From assembly GCF_964355755.1 (NCBI RefSeq), contig NC_092680.1:15633045-15697044 (forward strand): a DNA stretch of 64,000 bases, read 5' to 3'. How positions within the stretch are numbered: position 1 is the first letter of the stretch; the number at the start of each line of letters is the position of its first letter. The translations under genes and the position numbers were made by a program. Below the pieces are notes generated by a model. That model saw nothing but the letters and a program-made list of their open reading frames with translations, had not been told where the DNA came from and made no database searches. This stretch comes from Antedon mediterranea. Its lineage: Eukaryota; Animalia; Echinodermata. Positions 1-14,534 of the stretch are shown here, piece by piece.

Positions 1-857
1 TGTCGTCATAATCGTAAGTGGCGTCATAACTTTCGTCCTGCCATTTTATAGTTTCCAAAAGTCGTCCTAAATCGTTTAACTTTTCGTCACATAATGGATC
101 AACAAACTGTGAATAGTACCTAGACAGGTAGTGTGCATCTGTTTCGGTGCTAAAAATATTAAATAATACGTTATGCCGACTTTGACGTTTGAGAAATTAT
201 GTCTAGTGTAATGTTTTGCTAACATAAAGAATCAATAATTTGTACAAAGAAAACAATTGTAGAATTGTTATAGGAAACATCTCTTCAAGTTGTACTAAAA
301 ACAAGACGATTCCCGTACAAAAAGCTTAGCTTAAATTAACTTAAAATTAAGCAATCAGTTTGATGTCAGTCGGTTCAATTGTATGATGGACGGTGCAGAT
401 TTACCATGGTTTTTATAATGCTGTTGTTCTTGTTTCATGTTGTTATTAAAATACTTATTGTGTAAAAAACGAAATAGTGTATGTACAATATTGTTTACGT
501 TTTGAAAAACACTGAATTGTTTTGCATTGGTAAAAAGAAACCAAAGAAAGGATTCATAATGTTGATAGCCAAGTAAAAATGAAACTTTAGTAGTAAATTT
601 TGATGTTGGAAATCATAAATTTCTTAAAAATAAACATTGACAACGTTTATTTTTTATTTAGGTTAATAAGAATAAATTACCGTATATATAATAGTTATAT
701 GATATGTTCGTTTAATCAAATGTGAAGTAGGCTTAAAAACAAATCCTAGCCCTTGACATTATAGCTTTCATAGCTTCATCTTCAATTATATTTGAACTGC
801 TCAGCGTTAAATGTCAGTACAATTATCATTCCTCTAACTAATATGTTTTATACTTAC

Positions 858-3800
858 TATTCCCCCGACAGAAGTTTCAACTCTAGTGCAGACGAATCTT
901 GTATATCACCTAATATCAATATTAAAAAATAATAAAATAAATAAAATACTGATTTTCCCTCTGAGTTAACTTAATTCTTTCTTTCTAAAAATAGTTTTAA
1001 CCACTCTCACTTTTGATTAAACCAACTCTTGTTGAGGTTTATCATTGTTTGCCCTATTGTCCCATGTCCTATTGGATATGGGTTATGGCAATTTCATCAC
1101 AATTGTTGACATTATCACTTTAACATTTGAACAAAATATCTCCTCTTTGATTCTGTCTTCTAGACGTCCGGCAAATTACACAAAATTCTGTGATACTAAT
1201 GAATATTGTGTCACTTTTTTACATTTTTTTTATTAAAAGAAATACAATTAAAATAGTTTGCTATTCATAAGTCTGTGTAGAGGGTTAGCCACTGCAAAAT
1301 GTAGGCGCATTCGTGTATTCTTTTAGTAGGTGGGTAGGTAAATGGAAATAATTATGCAGCCTAATAAATTTGTGATTACCGTCTTTGTAATGAACCATTA
1401 GGACTATATCTCTGATGTAAGCTCCGCCAACAATTAACACTTGCTGTTTCCGCTCTCCAATCATATCACATGATCTGCTCCAACTGTAAATAATTGAACT
1501 TGGACCGCTGCATACAGTCTTCTCGATATGTGGATTACATGACCTAAATATATTAGTATAAAAGGTAAAGGGATTCAAACAATGTAGGACTACTGCAAAT
1601 TGTAATAATATGCATCCTATATGATTATGTTCTCCGATAAGAAAAAATACCTTGCTACACATTGGTACAATGCATTACAAATTTGAAATATTGTGCCTAC
1701 AATTTAATTTGTGCTGCATTTGAAAGAATGCGCTACCCATTTTAGCAACATGCTACAAAAGTGAAACTGTAAAGTACTGGAGAACGGAGCGGTATAAAGG
1801 GTTCCTCTGCTTTTTTCTTGTTTTCTTTTTGGTTATCTTAGGATTTTATGGATCATTTGTGTGTTTAAAGCGCTTAGAAACATTGTATTAGGCGCGTTAT
1901 ATAAGCCTACCATTAATATCATTATTAAACAAATTGTGCTACACTCTCTAAATAATAATGCTGCACATTTGAATTGTGCTAATTATTTAAAACCATTACA
2001 ATAGAAAAGATTTTTTACCCATTATAAACAATTTCCTACCCATTGGAGAATAATGTGTTTCTCATCAGAAAAACAGTACGCTATTGCCAACATGTGTTTT
2101 AACAAATGTACTATCCTTTTTAAACATTATGCTAATATGCTCACCAAAACTATTTTCAGTAAATAAGTTCAGCTCTCATGTCTACACTATCAAACTTTAG
2201 GTGATAACAAAATGTAATGAGCTCATATATAATATATATGAGCACATTACATTTTTTTATCACCTTAAGTTTTGATCCATATTATTATGGACACGAAGAC
2301 GTCATATCACTACCATGTTAGGTCATATCACTACCATATTTCGACACATCAAATTTTTTGTCAAACTTGTTTGATAGTGTAGACAGAGCTTTAGATACGT
2401 ACCAAGCTGTATTTGATACAGATGGCTCTTCCAGACATCCGTACACAGTCATTGCATCAACCGATTCATTTTGAGGTAGGGGTACATATCCAACTAACAA
2501 AAAAATAAAAGTTGTATCCCTTGAATTACTGTATACTTATGTTTTAATGAATATTTCAAAACCAAATTAATATCGTCCTTATACGTAAATGAGTGGACTG
2601 TTTTATATAACATCGTAAGAAATAGCTTCAATGTACCAATGACTGGGAATCATTATCAAAACATTGGCACCATACCTTTCTACCAATGGTTGTGTTTGGC
2701 TCAAGTTTTGAGCTAACGTATCTTGTAGACGGGTTATGTTCACAGTCAATGTATAGCTTCACTATGCAGAAACCATTTTAATTAGCTCTAACTTACTTTA
2801 ACATAATTTTAGGCCTACTGTAACGGTTACTACGTACTGTGTACAATTTTGATACGAAACCGTATCGTTTTCAATTGTGGGAGATCCGGGAATATACATT
2901 ATGTCTGTTTTACAAATCACAATGCATTTGTGGATAGGTATTTTACCAGGGAAGAGTCACTCTTGTGTGCTTATAGTAGTCACGTGTGCCTATAGTAGTC
3001 GTGTGTGCTTAGAGTAGTCGTGTGTACTTATAGTATGGGTGCTTATAGTAGTCACATATGTTCATAGTTATAGTCGTGTGTGCTTATAGTATTTATGTGT
3101 GTTTAGAGTGGTCATACTTATAGTATGGGTGCTTATAGTAGTCACATGTTTATAGTTATAGTCGTGTGTGCCTATAGTATTCACGTGCGCTTATAGCAGT
3201 CATTGTGTGCTTATAGTAGTCACATGTTTATACTTATAGTCGTGTGTGCATATAGTATTCATGTGTGCCTATAGTATTCATGTGTGCTTATAGCAGTCAT
3301 TGTGTGCTTTTAGTAGTCACATGTTTATACTTATAGTCGTGTGTGCTTATAGTATTATGTGTGCTTATAGCAGTCATTGTGTGCTTATAGTAGTCACATG
3401 TTTATAGTTATAGTCGTGTGTGCTTATAGTATTCATGTGTGGTTATAGCAGTCATTGTGTGCTTTTAGTAGTCACATGTTTATACTTATAGTCGTGTGTG
3501 CTTATAGTATTCACGTGTGCTTATAGCAGTCATTGTGTGCTTATAGTAGCCACATGTTTATACTTTTAGTCGTGTGTGCTTATAGTATTCATGTGTGCTT
3601 ATAGCAGTCATTGTGTGCTTATAGTAGTCACATGTTTATACTTATAGTCGTGTGTGCTTATAGTATTCATGTGTGCCTATAGTATTTATGTGTGCTTTTA
3701 GCAGTCATTGTGTGCTAATAGTAGTCACATGTTTATACTTATAGTCGTGTGTGCTTATAGTATTCATGTGTGCCTATAGTATTCATGTGTGCATATAGCA

Positions 3801-6800
3801 GTCACTGTGTGCTTATAGCAATGAACTATAACATGCTTGAGTTTAATGGAAGAAATCATCTTATGTTTTTGTTTTATTTCATCAAGAAACTCACCAATCC
3901 AACTTTGTTCTGTACTTAGTGATACACCTGCACAAGCGTACATGTCATTCTAAAAAGGAAAGAAAAAAATACATTTCTCTCAAATGTTTAAGCTTTAAAG
4001 ATGTATTGTCCCCCTGAAAAATAATTGTTGTTGTTGAATATGCCATTTTAATGTCACATAATAGTTATTGACCAAAAATTGGATCGAAACAAAAATTATT
4101 TACCTGAAAAAACTAGAATTTAAAGCCAAAAATTGTCAAATTGGCTGCCAGCCAATGGATTTTTGGTTGAATATAACCATTTATCATGTTATTTTATAAG
4201 TGAAAACATTATTTTTTTTACATTTTTTTTTTCTACGGAAGTGATTCACTTTATTAAAACTACAAAATAACCTATTCAAAATCTGATTTAAATAATCTTC
4301 TTGTTTTTGGGGAACAATACATCTTTAAACAATATCATAAATATCAAGTGTATCGACTTAAAAATAATATTAATTTAATGACGTCATCAGGACAAAACAG
4401 AGATTGAAAAATGTTCATTTGCAAACTGTAGTATACGTGATAATAAACTCGCGTGTATCGAGTTAAATTCGAGGGCTGAATGATCAAGTAAACATTTGAT
4501 GACTTGATATAATCTAAAGCTCTGTCTACCATCAAAAAAGCGATGTGCCCATATATGGACACATCACACTTTTTTGTCAAACTAGTTTGATAATAAACTC
4601 GCGTGTATCGAGTGCAATTCGAGGGCTTGATATTATATCTAAAGCACTGTCTACGCTATCAAACTTTATGTGACAAAAACAATGTGATGTGCCCATATAT
4701 GGACACGATAATGTCATGTTATATTTGGCCACATCACACTTTCTCAAACTAGTTTGATAGTGTAGACATGGCCACGCACGCCACATATACTACACACGTA
4801 TGTGACATATTTGGCCACATCACACTTTCTCAAATTAGTTTGATAGTGTAGACATGGCCACGCACGCCACATATACTACACACGCATGTGACACGCATGT
4901 GACACGCGAGGTAATGATAATTCAATTAATACACTCAACATTGGTCCATCCAATAATTGATTTTCAACTCAAATATCTGTTCATACCTATTAAATCTAAA
5001 TTCGTATTAATTGATATGCAAAATTGGTCACAATGAACAATTCTTAATAGAAAGAGTCACTTGCGAACGTTAACATTAAATGTCATCGACACTCGTAGTT
5101 TAGTAGTAATCGAAAGGCAATTACAGAGCATAGAATGAAGAAGGATATACTATTTGTCTTTACCTTATAGGCCTAGAGTTACGAACCTTCGAACAAGAAG
5201 GAGGTATCATTACTACGTTGTGTTTTTAGCCCGGTTTTTAGTTAACAAAGAATTTATATCGTGCCGTGTACATTAAAGAAAACAATACCTAGTGAAATAG
5301 TGATACGGATCCAACCCAGAAGAAATGTATTTGATTTGGACCAACACACGCCATAGTGAGTTAGTATCGAATCACTAAAGATGTAACGTTTAATACACGT
5401 AGTGCATGGGGTAACGTATTTTTATATCGCTTGAGAAAATGTGATTATTTTTTCTGCAGGCGCGGGTACAAGAGTAACGTAATTATGATATCGCTTGAAA
5501 CAATTCGAAAAGTTTTTCTTTCAGACGCAAGTACAGGAGAAATATAATACTATGATATCGCTTGAGAAAATCGAACAGTTTTCTCTAAATGTGCTAAAAA
5601 AGAAAATACAATAACAAAAAATTTAGCGCTGCCATTCCAATTCATAAGCGGAATATGGAGAAATGCGTCTTCGCGTCAGTGACTAGATTCATAATTCAAT
5701 TCAATTAAAAAATCATTCAATTCAACTCAAAATCAATTTGAAAATTAAGTTGATTATTTTTAATAATTGTATTGCATGCGAAAACCGTAGTTATTGAATA
5801 ACCACTTATTAGCAAGATTCTATCCAGAATTTCAAAACAATGACTAAGAGCTATTTGAAACTATGTTAGCCCGTGCTTACAACGCTTTCGTTATAATAAT
5901 TATACAGCATCGCATGGTGGTAAGTGACGTTGGTAACGCTATATAAACGTTTTTATCGTTTTAGATAACATGTTTACGTTGGTAACGCGTTCGCGCCATG
6001 GAATCAGTATAAATAGTGCTTGTGCTTTCACTATGTAAAGGCTTTTATACGTTATAGACAGCATAACATGGTGATAAGTGACGTTAGTAACGTGTTTGTA
6101 ACATCCTTTTTATGTTTCCATCAGTATTTTAGATGAACAACAAATGTGTTTGCGCTATATATAGAACGATATAAATCATTATGCTCTTTCTCATAAAGTA
6201 CACTTTTCATTACAAAGTCTATTTATAGGTTTCCAATTTACATTTGCTGTTAGTTCTTAATTGTTTTCGACTGCGTTTGAAATATACATCAATTTGAATG
6301 ACATGTGTAGGTAGTTAAAATTGCATTTTAACATTTACGGGTAATTCGCAATAACGCTTTTGGAAAAACACAACTGTATTTAAAGAAGATGTTGTTTAAA
6401 CCGTCTCAAGCCAACACCCTTTTCGTCGGGGTAATTTAAAACGATCTTTTATAATGTGTTTATTGGTGTGTTTAGGTGACCGAAAGAAGTACTTTGAATG
6501 GCTTGAATAAAGGTAGTCGGTTTGGTTGGAATATACAATTATGATTATTTTTTGCATCAGTGATAGTAATCAATGTTATCCTTTATAGATCTCAATACTG
6601 AAAGTCATGATATCAATTTAAAAACATTACGTTGTTTTAAGCCTTTATTCGACACGGCAAAATGTTCTAATGATCCTATAAAAGCATTCAACATGCCTAT
6701 AATAACAATTTAAAAGTTCTTACCTCTTCTGGGATTACTTTATCCATTCGTATAATCTTTGTGTGGACAAAAGGGGGATCGACACTTTCGGTATTTTCGT

Positions 6801-7011
6801 CCTCTTCGTCCGTCCCATCCTTACCTTCGGCGACACCATTCATGCCGTCCTCATTCTCATCACTCTCTATAAGTATCCCCTGTTTTATTTCACCCGCTGT
6901 ATCTTTATCAATTGACGGTACATCCTTAGACGTTGGTAACGTATTTGTAGTAACGCTGAAAAGGCCTAGGAGCAAGGCTACGACCACGACATACAGGTGA
7001 AAGATGTTCAT
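858..7011 (-). CDS. Secreted peptidylglycine alpha-hydroxylating monooxygenase (PHM/PAM)-like protein, 5' part; probable pseudoenzyme at the CuH site; continues past the left edge
   Basis: Phase-compatible GT-AG exons 7011-6724, 3949-3895, 2493-2403, 1543-1380, 909-858. They give a signal peptide (MNIFHLYVVVVALLLGLFSVTT), an acidic spacer, then IRMDKVIPEENDMYAC...WIVGYVPLPQNESVDAMTVYGCLEEP...W.C...C...IIYSWS...VGG..IRDIVLMVHY...DSSALELKL. This is colinear with the PHM N-domain as recalled (IRMPGVTP..SDTYFC...VHHMLLFGC...ILYAWA...VGG...YFVLQVHY...DCSGVSVHL). Confidence 0.8.
2172..2392. mobile_element. Short MITE family with AAAGCTCTGTCTACACTATCAAAC termini; further copies at ~4516-4855 (tandem/partial) and ~11970-12102
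   Basis: Inverted termini gtctacactatcaaac...gtttgatagtgtagacagagcttt and a shared interior (gatgtgcccatatatggac, acatcacactttttgtcaaactagtttgata) at three loci. Confidence 0.75.
2965..3830. repeat. Intronic minisatellite: ~20-bp subunits (gtgtgcttatagtagtcac-like) in a ~67-bp higher-order repeat
   Basis: Direct reiteration of tagtcgtgtgtgcttatagtattcatgtgtgcttatagcagtcattgtgtgcttatagtagtcacatgtttatactta. Confidence 0.9.
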
Positions 7012-9397
7012 ACTGCGGTAGAAATAACTAGATGAATACTCCTCAGCTCGGAATATTATTATCCTAATTTACGATATTTCTATCTTGTGTTAATTATGAA
7101 AATAATGAAGTAAGCACGATCTCAGATGTAATGTAGAGCGTTATCTATCGAAAATAAAAATAATATAGATGATCTTGTATTTAGTAACATCGATGATTGG
7201 TTAGCCGTTGCTGCCCACGCTTCAACTGATCATTAATTATAATAGCATCATCTTGAATTCGTCCGCCATATTCCTCTTAAGAAATGCTATCGAGCGTATT
7301 AATAACGGGAGAAAATGATTTTAAATGAGAACGAAAATTCCCAATGCGTCAGAGTCAACTGAATGCCATCTGCGCATCATGTTGCGCAAGTTATTGTCCT
7401 TTTAAGCTAATTATTATTCGACGTTTCTTACGTCATAACTTCTTGTTGCTAAGCAAAAGCATGATGATTCCATTGATGCAGTAATAATTTGTTTTGGTAA
7501 ACCAAGAAGTTATCATTAATCATGCAATATGTAGATAATAACATATATTGAATTAAAAAAATGTTTTAAATTCGCTTGTTTGACGATTCGATTGCGGCGG
7601 TGCGAAAGGGGTCAAAATTGACTCGGACCTTTAAAGTAAAATAAAACATAATAATATAATAAATTATTTAAGGGCTTACATTTTAAATAAGCTAAATGTC
7701 GGAATCAATTTCTATTGATAGTTTCTCTATAGACGTGACATTTATAAAAATGTAGACGACCATGTAATAAATCCATTCATCATTTCTTATAATCATTATT
7801 GTACATATAAAAATATAACATAACACAAATACAGTACCATATAACTTTAACTTCATTGTTATTCAAATTTATATTTTTATTTTTGCATATAAAAATTAAA
7901 TATTGGTATAAGAAAAACGCAAGATATTATTATATCATCCCAAATTGCCACTTGCCTTGCATTTTTCACGCTGCTGCTCTAGCCCGCTACGTCCCATTAC
8001 GACTACTCAATCAGAAGCTAAAGCAAGCAGCAGTTATAGTTCTAATGACGACAGTTTTGCGAAGATGGAAACTCCAGTATAATTTATTGATTCCAGCTGC
8101 TACAGTAGACCCAAAAAACGTCTGGGAAAAGAATCTATTAGGACATGTCATGCTAAAATTTCAATTAAAGCATTTCTGATGGTATATTCACTGTCAGATA
8201 TTCATTGAATTATTATCGAAACAGTCTATTAAAGTTTGTGTTTGTAATAGGATACTTCACACTTGAAATATCTAGGGTGATGAAGTGACCCCCAGACTTG
8301 ACCTTAGCAATAAAATTAACTAAAGTGACAGAAATTGAGTATTCACTTCTGTAACAAAAAAAATATATTTATTCACATATAAAAAGGGAATAGACAATTT
8401 AAGTATTTGTTGCTTTAAATTACATTTTTTTTTCAGGTAAAATAACTATTATGTGACAATAAAATGACACATTCAAAAACATTTGAAATAAAAAATATTT
8501 TTCAATAAGCGAGCAGCGTTTTTTTGTAAGAAATATTTCTTGTTTAAATTTATTTTCTGGGATGGTAACATCGGGTTAAACCTGCTTGAAAAGAGTCATA
8601 TTATTGCTATATTGATTCATATTCATAATTTCTTTCGTATTTCTTGGAGGTGTTTTATGCAAAAAGAAATTAGAGAGTGGGTTTGAATTCAATTTAAATA
8701 CAGGACACTACAATTATTCATATTTCTAATAGTTTGTATTTAGAAAAATTGTTTAAAACGGAAAATGTTTATGTGAAAGAAATTCTCAGCAGTAATCAGG
8801 AACAGCAGCTCTATGCTACATAACACTATCTTTTCTACTGCTGCTCATCTACTGTTATAAATAGAGAGAACTATGCTTTCCTTTTGTGTGTGTTTGCGCC
8901 CTCTCCAGATGGTTAGCATGACTACACACCAAGCGCAATATAAAGTCCAAGAAAGGTCTGTATAAAACTTAGCTAATATCTTACAGTTATAAAGATATAT
9001 ATATGGCCTAGGCCTATACTGCTCGTAGTAGACGTAGAGGCGGTATATATAAGTATCTAACGCCCTAGGCTAGTAAGCCTAGATTTTATTTATACTATAT
9101 TTAGCTAGGCGTATTAGTTAGGCTAGCCTAGCTAGGCCTAACTAGCCTAGCTAGAGGGTAGGATTTTTTATATCGCGCAGCCAACAACAATAAAATAGCC
9201 TAGGCCTAGGCCTAGCCTACCTCTAGCTACTGTAGTACTAGTAGGCCCCTAGGCCTATACCCTAGCATCCAAGTAGGCCTAGGCTAGGCCTAATTTATAT
9301 TTTAATACAAGTATTATTAAGTATATAAGCCGGCTGTGAATTAAACTACTGTAATACGATATTAAACATTTGTATTTAATTTCAGGGATGCTTGAAA

Positions 9398-12300
9398 ATG
9401 AAGAAATCTACAAAACCCCAAAGTGGCCCTTCAGTTTCAGGTGCTCGTTCCAAGACAAACTCAATAAGCAGCACAAAACAGAAAACAGGAAAACCAGTAG
9501 TGAGTAGAGCCGTAGTACCAAAGAATGCACAAAATAAACTTGTTAAAACTCCTAAAATGCAGGCTATACCAATGAAAAAGATGGCAGATGGTACACTGCA
9601 TCCTGAAGGTGGGTTGAAAGGGTGAATCGTTTAAAGTATACATAGGCCTAACCCCAGCTTAATAATGAATGAATAAAATACTTTTGTTCTTTGTTTACAA
9701 ATATAACACTAGGCCTAGCTGTGGATAGATGTACTTGTGGTTGAGCCAATTTAAGTAGACCAGTACATCTTACAAAAAGCTCAGAATTTTACCGTGGAGA
9801 AAAGCCCTTCTAGATGGTTGGATAGATTGATGGATGAATGATAAATGTGTTTAAAACATTCTTAGACCGTTATGTAATGTAATATTCAGAAGCATTTAAA
9901 AAAAAGCCTTACTGTACACTTTTTAATTATTATTTATTGATCAATATTGAACTTTCTCAATTAAATATAGAACAAAGGAAACAATATGGATTAAAATGTA
10001 TTGAGATTATTTGAAATAACCATATATAATTGTATGTTTTATTAGGATATACAGTAAGGCCTGTTATTCCTGCAGAGAAGGCAGAATTAATATCTGTTGC
10101 TAGGGCTATGCATCGTGAAGAGTTTGGTCCAAGGATGCAGAAATTGTTTCAACCAGAAACTGACGCAGCATTGCAAGCAATACAAACAGGTACCACATAC
10201 ACTTACAGCATTATGCACTTGCCCATTCTATGACCCACTATACAAAACCCGGGAGAGGTGCATCATTTGTCTGATGTGCATCATTTTTCCGATGTGCGTC
10301 ATTTGTCCGATGTGCGTCATACCTTATAAATACCATGACCCACTCCTGCATAAAAAAAAGTGACTTACCTTTAGGTGACCATGACGCACCCATTTTGACG
10401 CATTGTGACCATGTTGTTCATGATTTGGTGGGTTGTAATGTGACGGACATTGACACATCACTGTTCATTATAGGTCAATAATTATTTGTAAATGACGCAT
10501 GTTAGACAATTAGGACCTACAGTATGATGTCATGGTAATTTATTGTGCGTATGCATTTGAGTTTGGTTTGGAAATTTGTAAGTCATCTAACCCACTTTTG
10601 TCAATTTTATGACAACCTTTTGGATTCTGTTGTAACATATATACACATTTCCACCCTTTTTTTGGTGTACAGACACAACAAATGAAATCGATACAGTATA
10701 CTATATACTGTAGTATGCATAATTGTTGTAGGTCGTAGAAAATCAAAAGCTTTATTGGTAAATTGTTTTTTCAATAAAAAAGTCCTGTTACAGGAATCTG
10801 AGCATTCCCGTTTTGTCTTTAGATTCAAAGAGTTACTGACTTAATTACGTAATCCTCTTCGGATCCTTGCACACGTCATGTTGTTTTTACCACATCAGCG
10901 GTCTCTTTGTAGCATGTTCCGTTCTGCTGTTAGTAGAGGTACTGTAGCCTGGTATCATCTTTTAGTTGCTCCTTCCATCTCTTTGGCGGACGACCTCTTG
11001 GTCTTTTGTTTTTAAAGTCTGTTTTGTAACTTTTGTTAACATATGTGTTTATAGTGCACCTAAACACATCCAGTGTATTCGTTTTTTTAAAATTATTTCG
11101 AAGATTATTTCTTTTATTCCTAATGTGTACCTTATGTCATCATTACTCCGTCAACCAACTCTTCGCTTCGTTCATCCAGCAGACTTCTTCTAAAACCTGG
11201 ACCCCGTTCCAGAACTCGGTTTTACGGTGATCGTGCTTTCGCTGTCGCAGCCCCAAAACTCTGGAACACGCTCATCAAAATCTGTTATCACATTTAAAAC
11301 TAAACTCAAAACTCATCTCTTCAGAGAAGCATAATCGCACGCTACTACTTGCACAGATCTTGGAAAACACAGCGCTTTGAAACCTCTGTCTCTTGCGCTT
11401 TATAAATGTTATTTATTATTATTATTATGTCTTACAGTAGTCTGTCCCAACGCGTAACACCAAGTATTGCTCTTAAGCATATTATTTCAAATGTGCTTTA
11501 ATTCTGTTGTCATTGGTTTTTATATTTCATGTTTCTGATGCATATGTCGCAATGGGAACGATTAATGCATTGTATAATCTAATTGTTACTTTTTTATTAT
11601 ATTTCTTTTGCTTCATATCGGGACTTTAAGTTTTCCAAATGCACTTGCTGCTAGGGAGATTATGAAGAGTTATGAACTCCCCAAATGAATTTAATTTTGT
11701 TATGTATTCTATAAAGTGAATACATTAACACTCAATGCCAATATTTCACACTTTTTTTTGCTAATAGGTGTGTATGTTGGATGGAGGTTACCAGGATACA
11801 AGTTTGATTGCATTCGTGTTGGTCATCTTTCCCGTTGTTTCTGTGGCCATATCCTTCAAGACCATGCTAAATATAATGGTAAGCTTCATTTAAAAAAAAC
11901 TTGTATGTTTACATTCTGCCAGGAGTATAAATTGTTACTTTTGTATATTGTATGATTTGTTTGTATCCTAAAGCTCTGTCTACACTATCAAAGAAAATGT
12001 GATGTGCCCATAATGGATATGATGATGTCGTATCACTATCATATTTGGGTACAGTACATCACACTTTTTGTCAAATTAGTTAGATAGTATAGACTGAGCT
12101 TTAAATAGATTTTTTTATTCAGTTCTTATACAGGATTACATAATTCAACATCATTAACTTTATTTAACTACTGTACTACATTTTGTGATATTGTTCAATA
12201 CCTCTAATATATTAAGTAAAATAATACAAATGTCAATTGAACTCCTAGCAAGGAGTCTAAGGGTTCCTTGTGGCCACTGTGAATGCAAGGCATTTGCTTT

Positions 12301-13880
12301 TGTTCCTGGAAGGCCTGAAGACGTTGGAGAATTCTGGTTTCAGCGACGAAGAAACTTTGATCCATCAACGTGGCGAGCAAAATGCCGCTGTAAACACACA
12401 CATGAAGAGCACAAATGTACAGGCATGCGACACTGTAAAATTAGAGGTTAGTTTTGTATTCTTTTAAACTATTATTTCATGCGCATCCAACACAGAGTAA
12501 CTCACCAATTACAGAATGGATAAATTATTTTATAATTGATCATCAACTAAGTCTCATTTGAGGATTAAGGAGTGAAGTTGAAACATTCATGAATTATAAC
12601 CCTGGCACTAGGTCAGGAATGAACCCTGAACCTTAGAATTGGAAGGCACCACCAAAATATTTTTCTTCCTGCATTTCTAACTCATATTATTAATGTAGCA
12701 TTAGGTCAACATAGAACTCAACTCAACAACTAGTCGAGCGCCATAACCGACTTCTACTGTGACAAAACATTAGCATAGTTCATTTGCTTTCAGTTGAAAA
12801 TAACTATCATTACCGTAACTAGTTGCAATCAGTTTGTCGATGTTGACAAAAGTGCTTATCTTTCAAATTTAAATTTCTCCATGTGTAATATTAGTTTGCT
12901 ATTAATCAAAATGTTGACTTGATTACAGTACGCACACAGTTCTGTTCAGTAACTCAAAAGTCGACACAATTCTGTTGCATACCTTGAAATGTGCTTATCT
13001 ATCATAAGGTTACCCACAATGTTACAGATGGAGTTTCAACAAGTTGTATTATTCGTTTATTTTTAGGATGTGGTTGTGGGGCATTTAACTCTAACTTTTT
13101 ATGTGCTGCTTGTGATAAACACTGGGAACAACATGAAACTGTATTTGAAGGAGAATCTGAACGAAGACAAAATGGCATTCCATGTGGTAAGAAATATAAT
13201 CAAATTATATTCATATTATGCAATATTAAAGTTTTCCACAAGCTGTATTTGATAACAGCTTGTATACCATCATTGTAAAAGTAACTTTAAAGCTTGGTTA
13301 AAGCAATCTACGCAATGTAAGAAAATGCCCTTCCAATCATTGGGTTAACCCCTGCCTGCGTGCAATCAAAGCTACGATGTTTGCAGCACTATTGCGTCGT
13401 CGGTTCCGCCCACTTGTGATTACGCAATACAGCACTTTGCGTCAATACGTCGCTGCGTAGCGTTCTAAACCACGCTTTCTATTTTCTAAATCAAAGATCT
13501 TTTTTTTTTTAGTTTTCATTTCTTCTAGCAATTTCCAACAAAATTAATTTATTCTTGCAAAAACTAACAATAAGTATAACAGTGAATAATTTATTTAGAC
13601 CAAAACTTAACATTTGTTATATACTTGTCTTGTATCTAAATAATGTTTTTTGCACTTCAGTCAACAAAATAACAAATGTTCAATTTCAGGCGAGGAATAC
13701 CTACCATTTGCTGAAATGCCTGACCTGCGCAATATGGCGTTGACCGGAGTAGACAGTGATCCTGGAATTTACCGGGAACTAGTGGAAGGGAAAGGATCAA
13801 TACCTCAAGGAAGACAAATCACACAGGACACCCCAGTTAGGCCAAATGCTACCTCAGCTTTTAAACCTGTCTGGGATTGA
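9398..13880 (+). CDS. FAM221B: FAM221B (DUF4475 family) protein, ~324 aa
   Basis: Exons 9398-9608, 10046-10189, 11768-11878, 12249-12446, 13067-13186, 13690-13880, all phase-compatible (975 nt). Motifs AELISVARAMHREEFG, AIQTGVYVGWR, SRCFCGH, RPEDVGEFW, WRAKCRCKHTHEEH, FLCAACDKHWEQHET match FAM221B. AATAAA at ~13919. Confidence 0.9.
10945..11430 (+). mobile_element. Decayed 3' end of an L2/CR1-clade LINE
   Basis: Encodes the GDRAFAVAAPKLWN...FKTKLKTHLF C-terminal ORF2 motif, followed by gcgctttataaatg and a (TAT)n tail. Confidence 0.75.
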
Positions 13881-14534
13881 ACATAAATAGTGCAATAATA
13901 ATTATGTTATATATTTATAAATAAAAATACAATTTTAATTGATTAAAAAAGAGTTTAAATTAATTATGTAAAATAGATTTTAAGTAAAAGACAGAAGTTG
14001 ACTTATACCATAAGTTATTTAGAGAGTAGAATATAAATGCGTAGTAACCAGGGAGTATTGTGTAGCAAGTTATTATTTACCCGATAAAACTGTAATTTTA
14101 AGGGGTGAAAAGGCCAACCACCGGGAAGCCCGTTGTCTGGAAGTCAATGTTTTTCTGGTTAAATGTGTGACAGTTTATTTTTATTTTTCATAATTTTACT
14201 GACATTTAATTTAAAAAAAACAATGCACGCACGTTAAAATACGATCGCAAAATGTTGATGTATGCCATCCTATGACCTGATGCAGTATACGCTTTAGTGC
14301 TGTGTTACAACCGTTAATGTAGAAAACGCCAGCTAAGTATAACAATTCACCGCTAATTTCGTAAAACCTCCAGCTAATGTATAGCCTAAACACCAACAGC
14401 TTATGTAGTAAATAAAAATCAACACCAGCTAATGTAGAACGGCTAACAGCTAATGTAGTTACTATCGCCAACTAATTATATATTTTACAAAACTGTGTAT
14501 CATGTGCAAATGCATCTCTTTAATTTGCTCTCAG

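Noticed and set aside
5164-5288. Additional coding exon of the PHM-like gene
   Set aside because: Plausible splice sites, but stops in all three minus frames; exon 1 already joins 3949 in frame and matches PHM
9388-9507. Alternative FAM221B start at ATG 9388
   Set aside because: Out of frame with the conserved protein and terminates within the exon; at most a uORF
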